From Antedon mediterranea (Eukaryota; Animalia; Echinodermata), in NCBI RefSeq assembly GCF_964355755.1, contig NC_092671.1, positions 6,820,001-6,884,000 of the forward strand: 64,000 nt of DNA. The letters run 5' to 3'. Position 1 is the stretch's first letter. Every line of letters starts with the position of its first letter. The notes under the pieces are model-generated. The model was not told the origin of the DNA. It saw nothing but the letters and a program-made list of their open reading frames with translations, and did no database searches. This document shows positions 47,148-60,400 of this stretch, piece after piece. The position numbers were made by a program, and so were the translations under genes.

Positions 47148-50100
47148 ATGAGCTCAGTTGAAGAAGCAACAATATTTACGGATGGAGAAAATTGCAAGCC
47201 CGCATGGTCGGAAGCCATGGCATGCTTCAGTGGAAGCGGGAATACACACCTTGAAATCATGGGAAAACCTGTAATGGAGCGATGGGAAACAGATTTTATG
47301 CACAAACTAGCCGACATCGCTAGCTCTAAAGGTAAGCCTAAGAATTATTATTTGGATTTTTCATCTTGTTCTAGATCTAGGCCTGGCAGCCCTAATTAGT
47401 ATTGAAAACCAAATCGTAGTTTAGTAATAACTTAAAGAGTAGGCCAATGCCTAGCTAGCTTGTTTGGACACTGGCCAATTTGAACACGCATATGCCATAA
47501 TAAATTTATATTTATATACTGAAAACAATGTATACTCATTCTGCATAGGCCTATGCTAAATGTGTATGATTAATATTAAATTGTTTTTGAGGCCTCATTG
47601 TTTATATATGATGATCATGTTTAATACTTTAGTTAGAACAACAACATAATTTTAAGGTAAAAATCTCCTTCCATCTGTCCTGCCTGCAGCCTGCCTATAA
47701 TATTAATAATATGTACACAATGTCTTTTGCAGGTGGAAAGGTTCTTGAAATAGGGTTTGGACTTGCAATAGCAGCGACAAGAGTCGAAGAGCACTCGGTA
47801 GATGAACATGTGATCATTGAATGCAATGATGGCGTATTCAAAAACCTGGAAGAGTGGGCTAAAGGTCAACCAAACAAGATCACTCCTTTAAAGGGAATGT
47901 GGGAAGATGTTGCTCCAACCTTACCAGATGGCACATTTGATGGTAAATGACACGGTTCCAGTGTGGGATGAGGGAACAATTACTTATGCAGCTGGCGTGA
48001 CCTTAATATTTGTGAAATTCTGTTCTTTGTGCTGATAGAGTACTTTTTACCACTCTTTGGCACTGCTTTTTTTTATGACATTTTGTTTAGTGGTTCTGTT
48101 ACAGCTTCTACTACTACCCTCACCCTGCAAGAGCTGCTGGTTTTGTGATGTGTGTGAAATTGTGTATTAATAATTATGTAGGCCTACTGTTACTGCCTTC
48201 TAGCTGTTTACCACCCTTTAGCTGCTGGTTTTGTGGCGTGTGTGTGTCTGTTGTTTTACCACTCTGCTAGCTACCTAGTACCTAGCTACTGCTTAAATTG
48301 TGACTTGTGAAAAGGTACAGTAATGAGATATATGCTTGTTGGTTGAGACATGGAAACTTCATACCTAATTTATCAATATTATAATACAGTAGTATTGGTA
48401 AAATACCATATGGTTGAAACGTGTAGAATTATAATAAAATGATTATTAAATAATATCAATTGTAATTGACGGTAGTACTTACGAATTATATAAGTTAAAG
48501 ATTTGCATAGCTTATCTATAAGTATAGGCCTATTACATGGTTACACATTTCGATCACTTTCACCATTTGGCATATTAAAAACAATTTTTAAATATTTTGA
48601 AATTATAATAAAATACCAGTGATAGGCCTACTGGTGAATGCCCAGCAGAAGGGATAAGATAATTATTTGTGATCACAATTATCATGATGAAGATGATGTG
48701 ACCAAAGCTGTACCCGAGGTTTAGAATTTTTTAGAGAAACGTAGACTATTAATGTCGATTATTATTACACGAGTCTTCTTTACAATTATGAAAAATAAGA
48801 TCTGAAATAATATGAATGTAGATAGGCCTACGGCGCGTAGAAAGTTCTATAGCAAAATGTTTGATATACTGAAAACTTGCAACCTAATAAATGAGTCATC
48901 CATCATGAGTCACCTGCCTTTTTTAATGGGCCTAACTGTAAAGGTTGAAAGTATTGAGTAGAAAGAAGAATTAGTTTGTGAAACTAAAAGACCTTTGTTG
49001 ATGATTTTTCCAAGAGAGTTGTTACGAGGTACCTATCTGGTGTTGTTAATTTAAATGTGTGTAAACTGTACTACTTGTTCTTTTGCATGCTGCTAGTTGG
49101 GAAAAGTGTTTGATTCGTGAGATTCCATTCTTTTTAATGACTCAAAGTCGATGTTCATAATTTTCTTTGTTGTATATTTTTTATAGGTGTACATACATAT
49201 TTACATAATAGCTTATTTTACGCCATATAATCCGGCCTTTTCCTTAAGCTTGGTTCCCACTAGCGACGCAACGTAACGCAATCTACGCAACGTAAGAAAA
49301 TGCCCTTCCGATAATTGTGTTTTTCCCCGCTTGCGTGAAATCAAACCTGTGATGTTTGCAGCACTGTTGCGTCGTTGGTTCCCACGCAATTATTACGCAA
49401 TACAGCACTTTGCGTCAATACGTCGAAGCTTTGCGTAACGTTGCGTCGCTAGTGGGAACCACGCTTTAGCAATACGCTTATGAAATCATATTTTTTGTTG
49501 TATTAAGGTATACTGTATGATACATATCCGTTATCAGAGGAAACGTGGCATACACATCAATTCATGTTTATCAAACAACATGCCTTTCGACTTCTAAAGC
49601 CAGGCGGCGTTCTAGCATTCTGCAATTTAACATCATGGGGTGAGCTTTTAAAGACAAAATACACCAATGATGAAAAAATGTTTGAGGTGAGAGAAACTAT
49701 TTCCCTTTCAAACCTTCTAAATAATTTCGTTAACTTACCAAAAAGGGAGCAAACTCAACTTTAGATATTAACCGATTGGTCGCAATATGCTTCGTCAAGA
49801 AATTTGTATTGCAAATGCATTGGATCTAGTTCAGTCGTCATATATACGATATGAGACGTCATTTATTGTGCGTTTAAATTGTCGCCGCCCAATTTTGTCG
49901 ATTCTAAAGCCTGTTTTCCTGTCGACGTTATTCGATGCTATCGTTAACAATAATCGGCAATCTTCTACGTAAACATTGAAATGTTAACGATTTACAGGAA
50001 AAGGTACTCGCTATCGTTATCATTTCAACTTGATCGTTTTCAAACGATCGTCGTTGAACTGTAAACGATCAACGACGATAGCGTCGAATAACGTCGACAG

Positions 50101-50443
50101 GAAAACAGGCTTAACTAACACTGTTAGCACCTTTCAATATACGCATTTCAACCACTTTTTGGGTTGTCGTCGTTATTATGGTTGTGAAAATCTATTGTAG
50201 TGGACGACGACTTGGGATAAATGACGTAATGCATAATTTACATAAATCCTATCGTCACAAAACTCCCGGTCGATCATTTTATTGTCATCCTTTTTATTTC
50301 AGGAAACTCAACTACCGCATCTTCTAGAAGCAGGGTTTAAGAAAGACAATATCAGCACCGAACTTGTTCCTATGCAGCCGCCACCAGAATGCCGCTACTA
50401 TGCTCACAAGTTTATGATAGCGCCTACAGTTATTAAAGCCTAA
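47148..50443 (+). CDS. GAMT: Guanidinoacetate N-methyltransferase (237 aa)
   Basis: Exons 47148-47331, 47733-47942, 49508-49686, 50303-50443 total 714 nt: [93 protein letters not shown]. Confidence 0.97.
49247..49465. mobile_element. PIF/Harbinger MITE in GAMT intron 2
   Basis: TIR AGCTTGGTTCCCACTAGCGACGCAACG / CGTTGCGTCGCTAGTGGGAACCACGCT; TSD TTA. Confidence 0.85.
49908..50111. mobile_element. PIF/Harbinger MITE in GAMT intron 3
   Basis: TIR AGCCTGTTTTCCTGTCGACGTTATTCGA / TCGAATAACGTCGACAGGAAAACAGGCT; TSD TAA. Confidence 0.85.
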
Positions 50444-50980
50444 AGTCGCCTACAGATATTCAATAGATATGCTGAAATATTGTATTCTTTAAGAAACTAA
50501 TTGGAGGCTTGTAGCAATTGCTTTCAACCATTAACTTGGTGGACACGACGCAACGAGTAACGTACGCACAGTGCAATTCAGTGACCACATCACAAGCGAC
50601 AGTTTATGATGATCGTACGATGCGCTTACGTACGTTCTTGCGTTGCGTTCAGCAATGATTTGACATCCATTGATCCGTACGAGTTTTCTCATAAGGAACA
50701 TTGTTTAATATCTTGCAAAACAAATTGTTCAAATTTTTTGTTGAATAAAATTATAAAGTACAGGTTGTATAAAAGAACATACTCACACACATTTCATTTT
50801 TTTAAAAGGATGTCTTTTTTAGTAATTGATTTTATCTAAATATCAATCGGAAATAGTATAATTGAATTCGTTATTAAATAAAGGAACAGGTTTATTCAAA
50901 GCAGATTGAATGTTTGTATGTCTTGTATACAGAACACGCTTGTTTCTATACTGTACATTGTAAGTAGTAGACGGTGATTA

Positions 50981-51159
50981 AGCTTGGTTCCCACTAGAAC
51001 GTAACGCAAGGACGTAAACGCAACGCAAACGTTTTAACCAATGACAAGCGAAGTTATAGACACTTAGCAATCACAAGCGAATAAGCCATCGCTTGTGATT
51101 GGTCAATTCATTTGCGTTGCGTTACGTCCTTGTGTTGCGTCGCTAGTGGGAAACACGCT
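50981..51159. mobile_element. PIF/Harbinger MITE
   Basis: AGCTTGGTTCCCACTAG...CTAGTGGGAAACACGCT; TSD TTA. Confidence 0.85.
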
Positions 51160-51223
51160 TTAACTTACTTCACTACTGAGCGTAAGTAAAGTACTTTACT
51201 TGCGCTTAGTGGACGATTACTAA

Positions 51224-51410
51224 TGCTTGGTTCCCACTAGAACGTAACGCAAGGACGTAAACGCAACGCAAGAGTTTTAACCAATGACAAGCGAAGTTAT
51301 AGACAGCAGTTAGCAATCACAAGCGAATAAGCCATCGCTTGTGATTGGTCAATTCACTTGCGTTGCGTTACGTCCTTGTGTTGCAATGCGTCGCTAGTGG
51401 GAACCACGCT
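51224..51410. mobile_element. PIF/Harbinger MITE
   Basis: Near-identical to 50981-51159; TSD TAA. Confidence 0.85.
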
Positions 51411-52877
51411 TAAGATAAAAGTTTCAACCACATTAAAGCCAATTTACACAGACGACGAGCGGTAACAATAAGCGGAAAACCGCATATGTTGTCCCCGGTA
51501 GAATCTGTATCTACAGTATCCTGAGAGGAAACCTCCTGTCCGCTTCGCGTTGTGTGTAAATGGTCATAAGGAATAACAAAGATTCTATAATTTTGTTACC
51601 GTAGGCCTACCACTTGTCTCTGTAAATCTGTCTTTATTCGGCAAATGGCAATTCGGTTAAGGCAGATTTATAATAAACATTTTTTAAATCGGGCGTGGAT
51701 CCATCTGGATTATGACAAATATCACATAAACCTGTCCCTTGACAGAGTATGATCATGATTAAAGATTAAAGGAAACGAAGTCATTGTATGCTTATATAAA
51801 TTCTATTAATTAGTGTTCAGGGGGGGTTTTTAGCTGGGCGTTAACGAAGAAGGCGTTTATTGTTTTGGTGTAATGGTATATGGGCCCTATAATCAACCAA
51901 ATAAATACCCCTAGATAAATATGCAATTCCAACACAATTAATATCGAGAAGTGATAAAATACAGTAAAAAATGCTTGGTAAATTGTAGGTTATATCAATC
52001 TGAATTCTACTACAAACAGAATGTGTTGTAATATATTGTGTATGCATGTGACGGGGCGTTTATTCGAGTAAATAAAAAAAGACACCGAGGCGTTTATTCG
52101 AGGGGGCGTTTATTCAAAATGATGTTCTACATTGGATAAAAATTAGAAAATACTGTAGTAAGCAATATTTGTTAACAAATATTTCTTACTACCCGTGAAC
52201 AAAGATATAATGACTAAAATAGGTTTACTTTTAATAATTGTATCCGGGTGGTCGAACGGACCAGCAGAGAGTTGTTTCAAGTCGCGATTGAACATTTTAA
52301 TTCACCAGTTGTCCTTTTTAACTTTTGTGTGACGACACGGTTGTGTGTATTTCCCTTCTTATCGAGGATGCCCCTGACTTCGATTCGGTTGTCGAGATGT
52401 ATTTTGTCATGATCTTTTCGGAATTTAATTTCAGTTTCAGAACTTTGAGGTCGTTACGTCCAAAAGTTCATTTTCAGACTGGCAATTCTTTAATTCTCTT
52501 CACACAGCATGCATGGTGTTGCAGGGTGTCCGTGAAACGGAGAATTGGACTTTTAATTTTTCTCCGGTCGTGAGTGTGCTTTTATAAAGGTTAATTGAAC
52601 GATATATGGCGTTGCATGAGTGAAAGTCTGACATACATTTCCGATAAATTTCCGTAAGGACTAAATCCTGAATCTGCCCGAGGACGATTGATAATACATT
52701 TACAATGCGATACTTAAGCCTCTGAGTTACGTATGTCTTCTTCCTCTCTTTCGCTTTCTTTATTCGTTTTCCTTTTCTCTCTGATTAATTTGAGTTGAGT
52801 CAAGTAAAAAAAGCTTAATTGCCTGTTCTTTTGTTTATTAGTTTGACTGTTAAAAAGTGAAATAATATCTTCACATT

Positions 52878-53973
52878 CAGTGGCGGATCTAGGGGGGGGG
52901 GGGGGGGTGAATAGGGTGGCTAGCCACCCCCCTTAATTCTCAAAAAAAAAAAAAAAAAAGATGCAACCTAATCGCGATTGACCGTCGCTAGACGTGGATT
53001 AATCTTTTAATTAAGAAGAGTAGGCCTAGCTAGGCCCTACTAGAGCTAGGGTTAGCATTAATAGTTGTGTGTAAATAGGCCTACACAGTGAAAGAGCTAA
53101 GAGTTCAATTACTATTATGAATTCAAGAGTTTAAAAAGAAAACACGATTTACAATCTTCGGAAAATACCCATTTTCAAAACACACGCACTCCTAAAACTA
53201 CCAGCGTCACGTTGTCAAGCTCGCTCCTCGTGTGAATGCTGACGTCATCACTCTCCAAAATACACCATTTTCCATTGCAGTTAATTTCCGCCGCCCTGGT
53301 CCGTGTGTGCACAAGCGTTAGCGTGGTATATTTACACCCCTGAGTGGAGTGTAATATCGGGAACTTTTTTCTCGCGCATGAAAGTTTTTTGTATAATATT
53401 ATGGTATGCAGTATAAACGATAAAAATAAACGAGAAACATGGTGTTCTTTTATTATTTTATAGGCATAAAATAAACATGAAATGTCTTGTATGTACACGG
53501 GACGGCCGAAAAAAGTATGTTATGTTATGTGGCGTATTTGGCGTTTTTTGATTTGTGTTATAGACACGGCGATTACTGCAATCATTGTATACCAAATTAC
53601 ATTGAGTTATTCACCCGGCTGTAGGGTATATATCTCTGAGGTTAACAGACCACCAAAACACGGTACACAACACATGCACTCTTTTGTTTGAAGGTTTTTC
53701 GATCAAAGTTTATTATTAGTTCGTCGAAAAAGATCCGTACAGTATTTAGGAAGGATGTATTTAAATTTACATTATGTAATATTTGTTATTAAGTGTGATG
53801 GAAACAGTTTCTCTAGCCTATTAAACAGTGTGTAAGCATCTATTTTTTCAAAATTTTTTGGAGCCTCGGGAGGGGGACACCCCCTCCCAAAACCCTCCCC
53901 CGCTCGGTGCTACGCACCTCGTTTCCCACTTTCGTGGCCACCCCCCCCTCGTCAGATCCTAGATCCGCCACTG
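52878..53973. mobile_element. Non-autonomous hAT-like TIR element with 5-bp TSD
   Basis: 16-bp perfect TIR CAGTGGCGGATCTAGG; TSD ACATT (52873-52877, 53974-53978). Confidence 0.85.
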
Positions 53974-54448
53974 ACATTAGGCATACTCTCGTAAATAAAT
54001 ACCGGTACACAGTTAGCTCATAGCTGCGTAAAGAAATAAAAGATTTCTAGCGCCCTCTAATGTTGTTTTGAAACCGGTCTTCCAATGCAAAGTGTACGTA
54101 CTTAACTTACAAACAATGCTTTGTTGCTTGTTTGATGCATTCCACTCACCTCTATACAATTAAAGAATACTATTATATACTAAACGATTAATATTTCGAT
54201 AAACATAATAAATATATTGCATTTTAAAACTCATCTTTTGTTTTTATTTCATCACCCGGAAACGTAACCGGGCGTTCACGTTTACACACAAGATTTTTTA
54301 CACCTCGAAAATGCCGGATGATTAATCTTCTTGGTGTGTGACGTAATACATTGAACAACAACACAACAAGGAAGGAACGAAAGTGTTTCTATATTGACGT
54401 TATTTTCTTCTTAATTGCTGGTTTCCAGCAACAGTTTGATGTACTAAG

Positions 54449-57400
54449 ATGTTGCCTAAAATAGTCAGCCAAATTTTGTTAATTTTCACAACGCTGTGTA
54501 TTGTCAAAATTAGTAAGTAAACGGTTAAAATATACAAGTGAGCTAGCGTAGGCCATCTGTTTTTTAGTCAGCTGTAAATTTGGTTCAGCGAATCTACTGT
54601 CATCTGACAAACCCAGTGTGTCCGATTGTGTAGCCTAGGCCTAGCCGTTAGGAGAAATCAGCAATATATATTGATATAGTGCCTTAATCAAATCTTTGGT
54701 ATTGGTTGTGTAATAATAGTGAGCCTCTTTACTTTATACTCAATAAATAAAGTGTAGACTAGGCCTAGAGGCTATCATTTGTATATTTTTTATTCATTAA
54801 AATAAATAACTTTTTTACTTGCTTGGCCTACTGTTTTTTTTAATTCTTTTTTTTAAATGTTAAACTTTTTTTTTTAATGCTAAATTTAAGTAACCTATAC
54901 TACACAATTTGGCCTAGTTACAAATGTACTGTACTGTGTAAGCCTAGGCCCCTATAGGCTATGCCTACTGTGTGTGGAAATAGAAGTAGGCCTACTGTAA
55001 TTTTGCCTACAATACAATTAGGCCGCTGGAAATACATTACATGGTTCTCGTCAGCAAAAAATTGGTGAGGGATTTTTGTCAACGTTCATCTTTCATCACA
55101 GTATTTTAATTAAGTGAAATAAATCTTGAATGCAATAATGCCGTGTAGGCAGAGAGGTAGCTAGGCACGACGATTGATCGCGAAATGTATGAGAGCAGCA
55201 GACCAAAAAAACCGCGGTAGACCTCGTTCTGATGCAAGGTATGGATATCGCGTGTGAATATGACAAACACACGCTCACCGCCCGGACTAGAATACTTGGT
55301 TTCATAATGAGGCTCAAAATACGGATTGAAGGCGGTCCGCGACGATTAATATAACACACTTTATGTTGCGAAATCGTGCAATCACATACACAATGGTTTG
55401 AGCTTTCACGATCGACGGGAGGTTAGTCAAGATTTGTACTTTTCCCATATTTACCCCTGTTTTTTCTTAACAAATACACAAAGATGAAAGATGAACTTTT
55501 TGGGTGCGGGGCCTAAAATCGCAAGCGGGCGCTGACGAGAACCATGTACAGTAATGTATTTCCAGCGGCCTTATGGGAAAACACACATTATTATGGATAA
55601 ATCAACTACTGTACCCACACCATAAAAAATTCTGTTTTCGTATCCCGAAAAATCATTTAAATTATGTATATCTATCTTTGTAATGTCAGTAGTATTAGTG
55701 ATTTTATGTATATCTAGTATGTGATTTTAAATTACAGTATATCATTTTTATTTCTATAAAAAGGAGCTGCAAGGTTAAACCAGTTTATTAGTCACTTTGA
55801 AACTTTGGATTATAGCAGATCAGAGCTGAGCAAAAAGCATGAGCGAGCAAGACGATCAGTCAATCATCCCAACCTCTTCTTGGAATTTCATGCTCATGAC
55901 AAGTAAGACAAATATAGTTTCTTGGCAATTACAGTACATAATATTTTTAAAAGTCAGAGTGGCAATGTTTGCTTCCCTATCACAACCACTTTAAAGGGTA
56001 CGGTAACTCCGGGTATAAAGTTTCTTATGTTTCTTTGCTACAACATTGATACAGTAATAACCCTACTTATTTTTCGTCAGCAATGTACAATAATTAGTTA
56101 TCATTCAAGTATTAACTTTCAATTATAATCAAACTTTACTAATATTGTACAGTTTGTCAGATAAATGATATTCCAATACAGGACGGTCGCTGGTCGATCC
56201 TACTCGCGTTTTAGAACCAGACTATTCTATAATGTATAATTTGCATAATTTAGGAATTGTTGAATGTGTACAGTATGTGTATTTCTAAACTGTGTAGTGG
56301 ATTGTAAACCTTTCTATGCAAACAACAAGGTACTACAACAGTACTTAAACAAGGCCATATACATGGCTGCAGTCGCGTGTTCAAGTTAGTGTTTACCGAC
56401 CGACATAGTGAGCTGTAGAGGCGCGTTGCACGCGACTAAAAATGTAATGTGATGCTTCAAACATCACTAATGACAATTTAGAAATCATTGATTACTTAAT
56501 TAGTAGAAATAAGTTGAGCAATTTACTTATGTATCCATCACCAGAAGGATTAGTTACAATTACTGCAGTTTATAATTGTTCTGTTTTGAATGTTAATTCA
56601 TTTTTACCCTCGACACATCGAATCAATATCACAATATATTTCTTATATTAATCTCATACTATAAGTACAGTACTACTCTTACCAGGGAGTTGTAGTTAAA
56701 TAAATACATTAGCAACTCCTGCTCTTACTTTGACACAATCATCGTGAGGTGGTTTCCCGACTAGTCATCCATTCATAGAAGTACTGATGTCGTAGCCTAC
56801 CTGTACGGTGACCATAGAATGTGACCTGAGGCATGACTAACTACGACTTTTAGTTGATAGAAGATTGAAAAAATTGTTAAGAAGAGTTGTACTGTATGTG
56901 GATGTTTAATGAAATTATGTCAAAAATGTTTACACACTAGGCATATAAATAGTAATGTTTGCTAGTAAAAATAATTTTGAGTTAATATGAATAAGATATA
57001 AGGAAGAAAAGCAAAGAGACTATGGAGCGGCTATTCCTGAATATACAATACTAAGTATCGTAGATTTAAATTATAAATTTTAGGCGATCTTGTCAAAGGT
57101 CAAGCGCCATATAGCCTGCCACGTTTCGATATTCAATATTGAACTTGACCTGACGTGGTTCCATGGTATCTTTATATGAAAATGGTAGAGTGGATAGAAA
57201 ATAATTAATTAAAAATTTACCTTAAAATGGTTTTGAACTGAACCGGTGGATGTCTTGTTGTTGTATGGTTTTAGTTTAAAATACTCTATGTTCGATATTA
57301 GTGCGTGTGCGTAATAGAATGAAATGCTTGCGTACGATGTGCGTGATGCAGAGTTGTACAATAGTGTATGCTTATAAGTGTATCGTACATAGTAGTAGAA

Positions 57401-60400
57401 GATCGAAAATATAACATAGGTATATAATATGGTAGAATATGAAAAAGTAGTATAGAATGTAGAAAAAGGAAATGTTTGTTAATAAAAAGAATAGATTTTG
57501 AATGTGAGGAATGACTTATGACGGTTAGATCCCACTAGAGACCTATGTCGGCTCCTAGGCCTGTATAACTTCGTGAGGTGGTTTCCCGAATGATCGTAAA
57601 ATCAAAACGGTACTGTGTATGACCAACTAGCGTTATTGTCACCGACTAGTCATCCATTCATAGAAGTACTGATGTCGTAGCCTACCTGTACGGTGACCAT
57701 AGAATGTGACCTGAGGCATGACTAACTACGACTTTTAGTTGATAGAAGATTGAAAAAATTGTTAAGAAGAGTTGTACTGTATGTGGATGTTTAATGAAAT
57801 TATGTAAAAAATGTTTACACACTAGGCATATAAATAGTAATGTTTGTTAGTAAAAATAATTTTGAGTTAATATGAATAAGATATAAGGAAGAAAAGCAAA
57901 GAGACTATGGAGCGGCTATTCCTGAATATACAATACTAAGTAGGCCTATTTCTTATATTAATCTCATGATATACTGACTGTAAGTACTACTTTTACCAGG
58001 GAGTTGTAATTAGATAAATAAATTAACAACTCCCTGGTCTTACTCCTGACACATCCTTTCAAATCTCATTTTTATTTATTTGCATCAAAATAACAATTAA
58101 AATTATACAAATTGCACCGTTTTTTTGTATCGAATTCAAACCTACTGTACAATGTAGCAGTTGATTCAATGTTCTAAATCAATACTAAACTGTTAGTTGA
58201 ATGTCCACAGTCAGTAACTATTAGTGACGTTTGTTAGTGTGTTTGCTAATTATTGTTGACTGGACTTTGTTCAACCAATATAGACTTGAGTGCATCAAGT
58301 GTCATAAAGGGTGTGGCTTAACAGCATCCTAGTATAGTATGTACAGTAGATTGAAGTGAAGTACCAATCAAATTCAAACACTGCCTTAACCGCTCGGCCC
58401 CTCGACTGATATTTTGGTCCATGTCAAAGAATATATGTCCATGTTAAGAAAATACAGAGGGCGTGCTATTTAATATCTCATATGGAGGATACAGAAAATT
58501 CAACGACATTTTCAGAATGATAACTTGAAAATTGTAGGCAATTAAATTAAAATTAACAAATAAACAAAGCAAGTATGTGGCAAAACTCTATTTTGCCAAG
58601 TCAAAAAAACGTACTAATTAAAGACTTAATTAAACAAAAAAATGAGTAGTAATTTCATTATGTGGTTATGAATAAAAAGCTATAGGATTTATTTTTTCAT
58701 ATGATACTTTTGTATCAACAATGTTATTCATAATTTGATTGACTACATAGATTTGTACAAGGTCAGTTAATATGGAGGATTACAATAGCAATGTCATTGT
58801 CATGACTCATTGTCTTCTATTCTATACAAATAACAATACATGGATTCACTCCTTAGGCTACCACTAATTCTATTGAGTATTTTTTTTATAATAAACAAGA
58901 GCATGTATCTGAAACTACAGTACACAATTTGATAATAAACCAACATTTACTGTATATCACAAAATTGTAAACAAATCACGGATATGGATGGTAGATCTGC
59001 TAACAGATACTATGAATTTTGTTTGTTACTTTTTATTAGTTATTAAGCCTTGACATGCGTACATGACATTATAATAATAATATATAATAATAATATAATA
59101 CATTTAATAGTACGTTTAACCAATGTGTCGTTAGTGTCAAACATTGTAACAGTTCTTCAGTATATTCACCGTCACTCACCCATTTGTTTTTTATGGTGTT
59201 TCTACTAAATTACTTGCCCCAATTATTAAACATACTGGTTCAGTTTATTGAAAAAAATGTTTAAAAATGAAACAAAATTCTGTTAATAACACACAAACAA
59301 TTTCCTGTTTATTTTCAAAATGCTAAATTAAAAACTGTTGCCTAGTACCAAGATAACTATTCTTGATTAATCCATTACAAAAGCAATGAAAAATGTATTA
59401 ATTTTTTAATTACTGTAGATAGAACAATAGGCTCTGTTTTTATAAATAGTACCGTAAATCAATATTCAACAATACTATGCAAATTTTAACTATAGCAACT
59501 GTACAGTACAGTACATACATAGATTTCTATCTAACAATCATGCATTGCATTTTGTAATGCTGTAATGGTGGGGGTTGGAAGAGGGAGGGGGAACAACAAC
59601 TGTAAGATACTTGGAAAGTTTAAGGAATAAAGATTTCATTCAAATATATTGAGTTGACTTACTGTTTTTAGATGGATCATTTCAGACAGCCTAGATTTAT
59701 AAAAGTATTGTACTGTAGTGTAGATGCCCAAATAAAATTATATTACTGTATATATTTATATAATATATTGAAATATAAGGTCTCATGCTTTTGGAGTTTG
59801 GAAGTTTCTCTACCCACCTCTGTCCTACACAAATAGGGAATGTATTAATGTATTATCTATCTATTACTAACTAGTTCTTGGAGAAATGTTGGCTAGCTGT
59901 TTCCTGCTTGTACAGTATCTATTTATATCTGCTATTACATACTGTACAACCCTGACTTATATTTGGTCACTATTATACAGATGTTGACTGCCTAGAGGTT
60001 AAATATAAGATTTGACATCCCCGAGGGAATGATATTATGTTCGAGGAAATTAAATATATAATTTCTGAGAACTTAATATCATTCCCGAGGGGATGTCTAA
60101 TCTTATATTTTACCGATATAAAAGGCGATCTGTTATATTACATAGCCAACAAGAAGTAGAATATCTGCTGGGTCGGGTAGCTACTAGCTAGGCTAGGCCT
60201 CCTTTTTGTATTGTATGTAAACAAGCTGCCCAGACACCTTACTTTTCGAAGAATAATATACAGATAATTACTAATTAATGATTCCTTGGGAATAAAATAT
60301 TCACTAGCCTACAGTAGGTTGTTTAAATAATAACAGAAGAATTTCCATCAATAAGCCTACATTATTAATAATAATATTATTATCAGGTAGGCCGAATAAA

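Noticed and set aside
56762-56847. Canonical HDV-like ribozyme call
   Set aside because: Topology fits, but L3 is ~30 nt and P1.1, P4 and the catalytic C are not evident; kept only as a hypothesis in findings.
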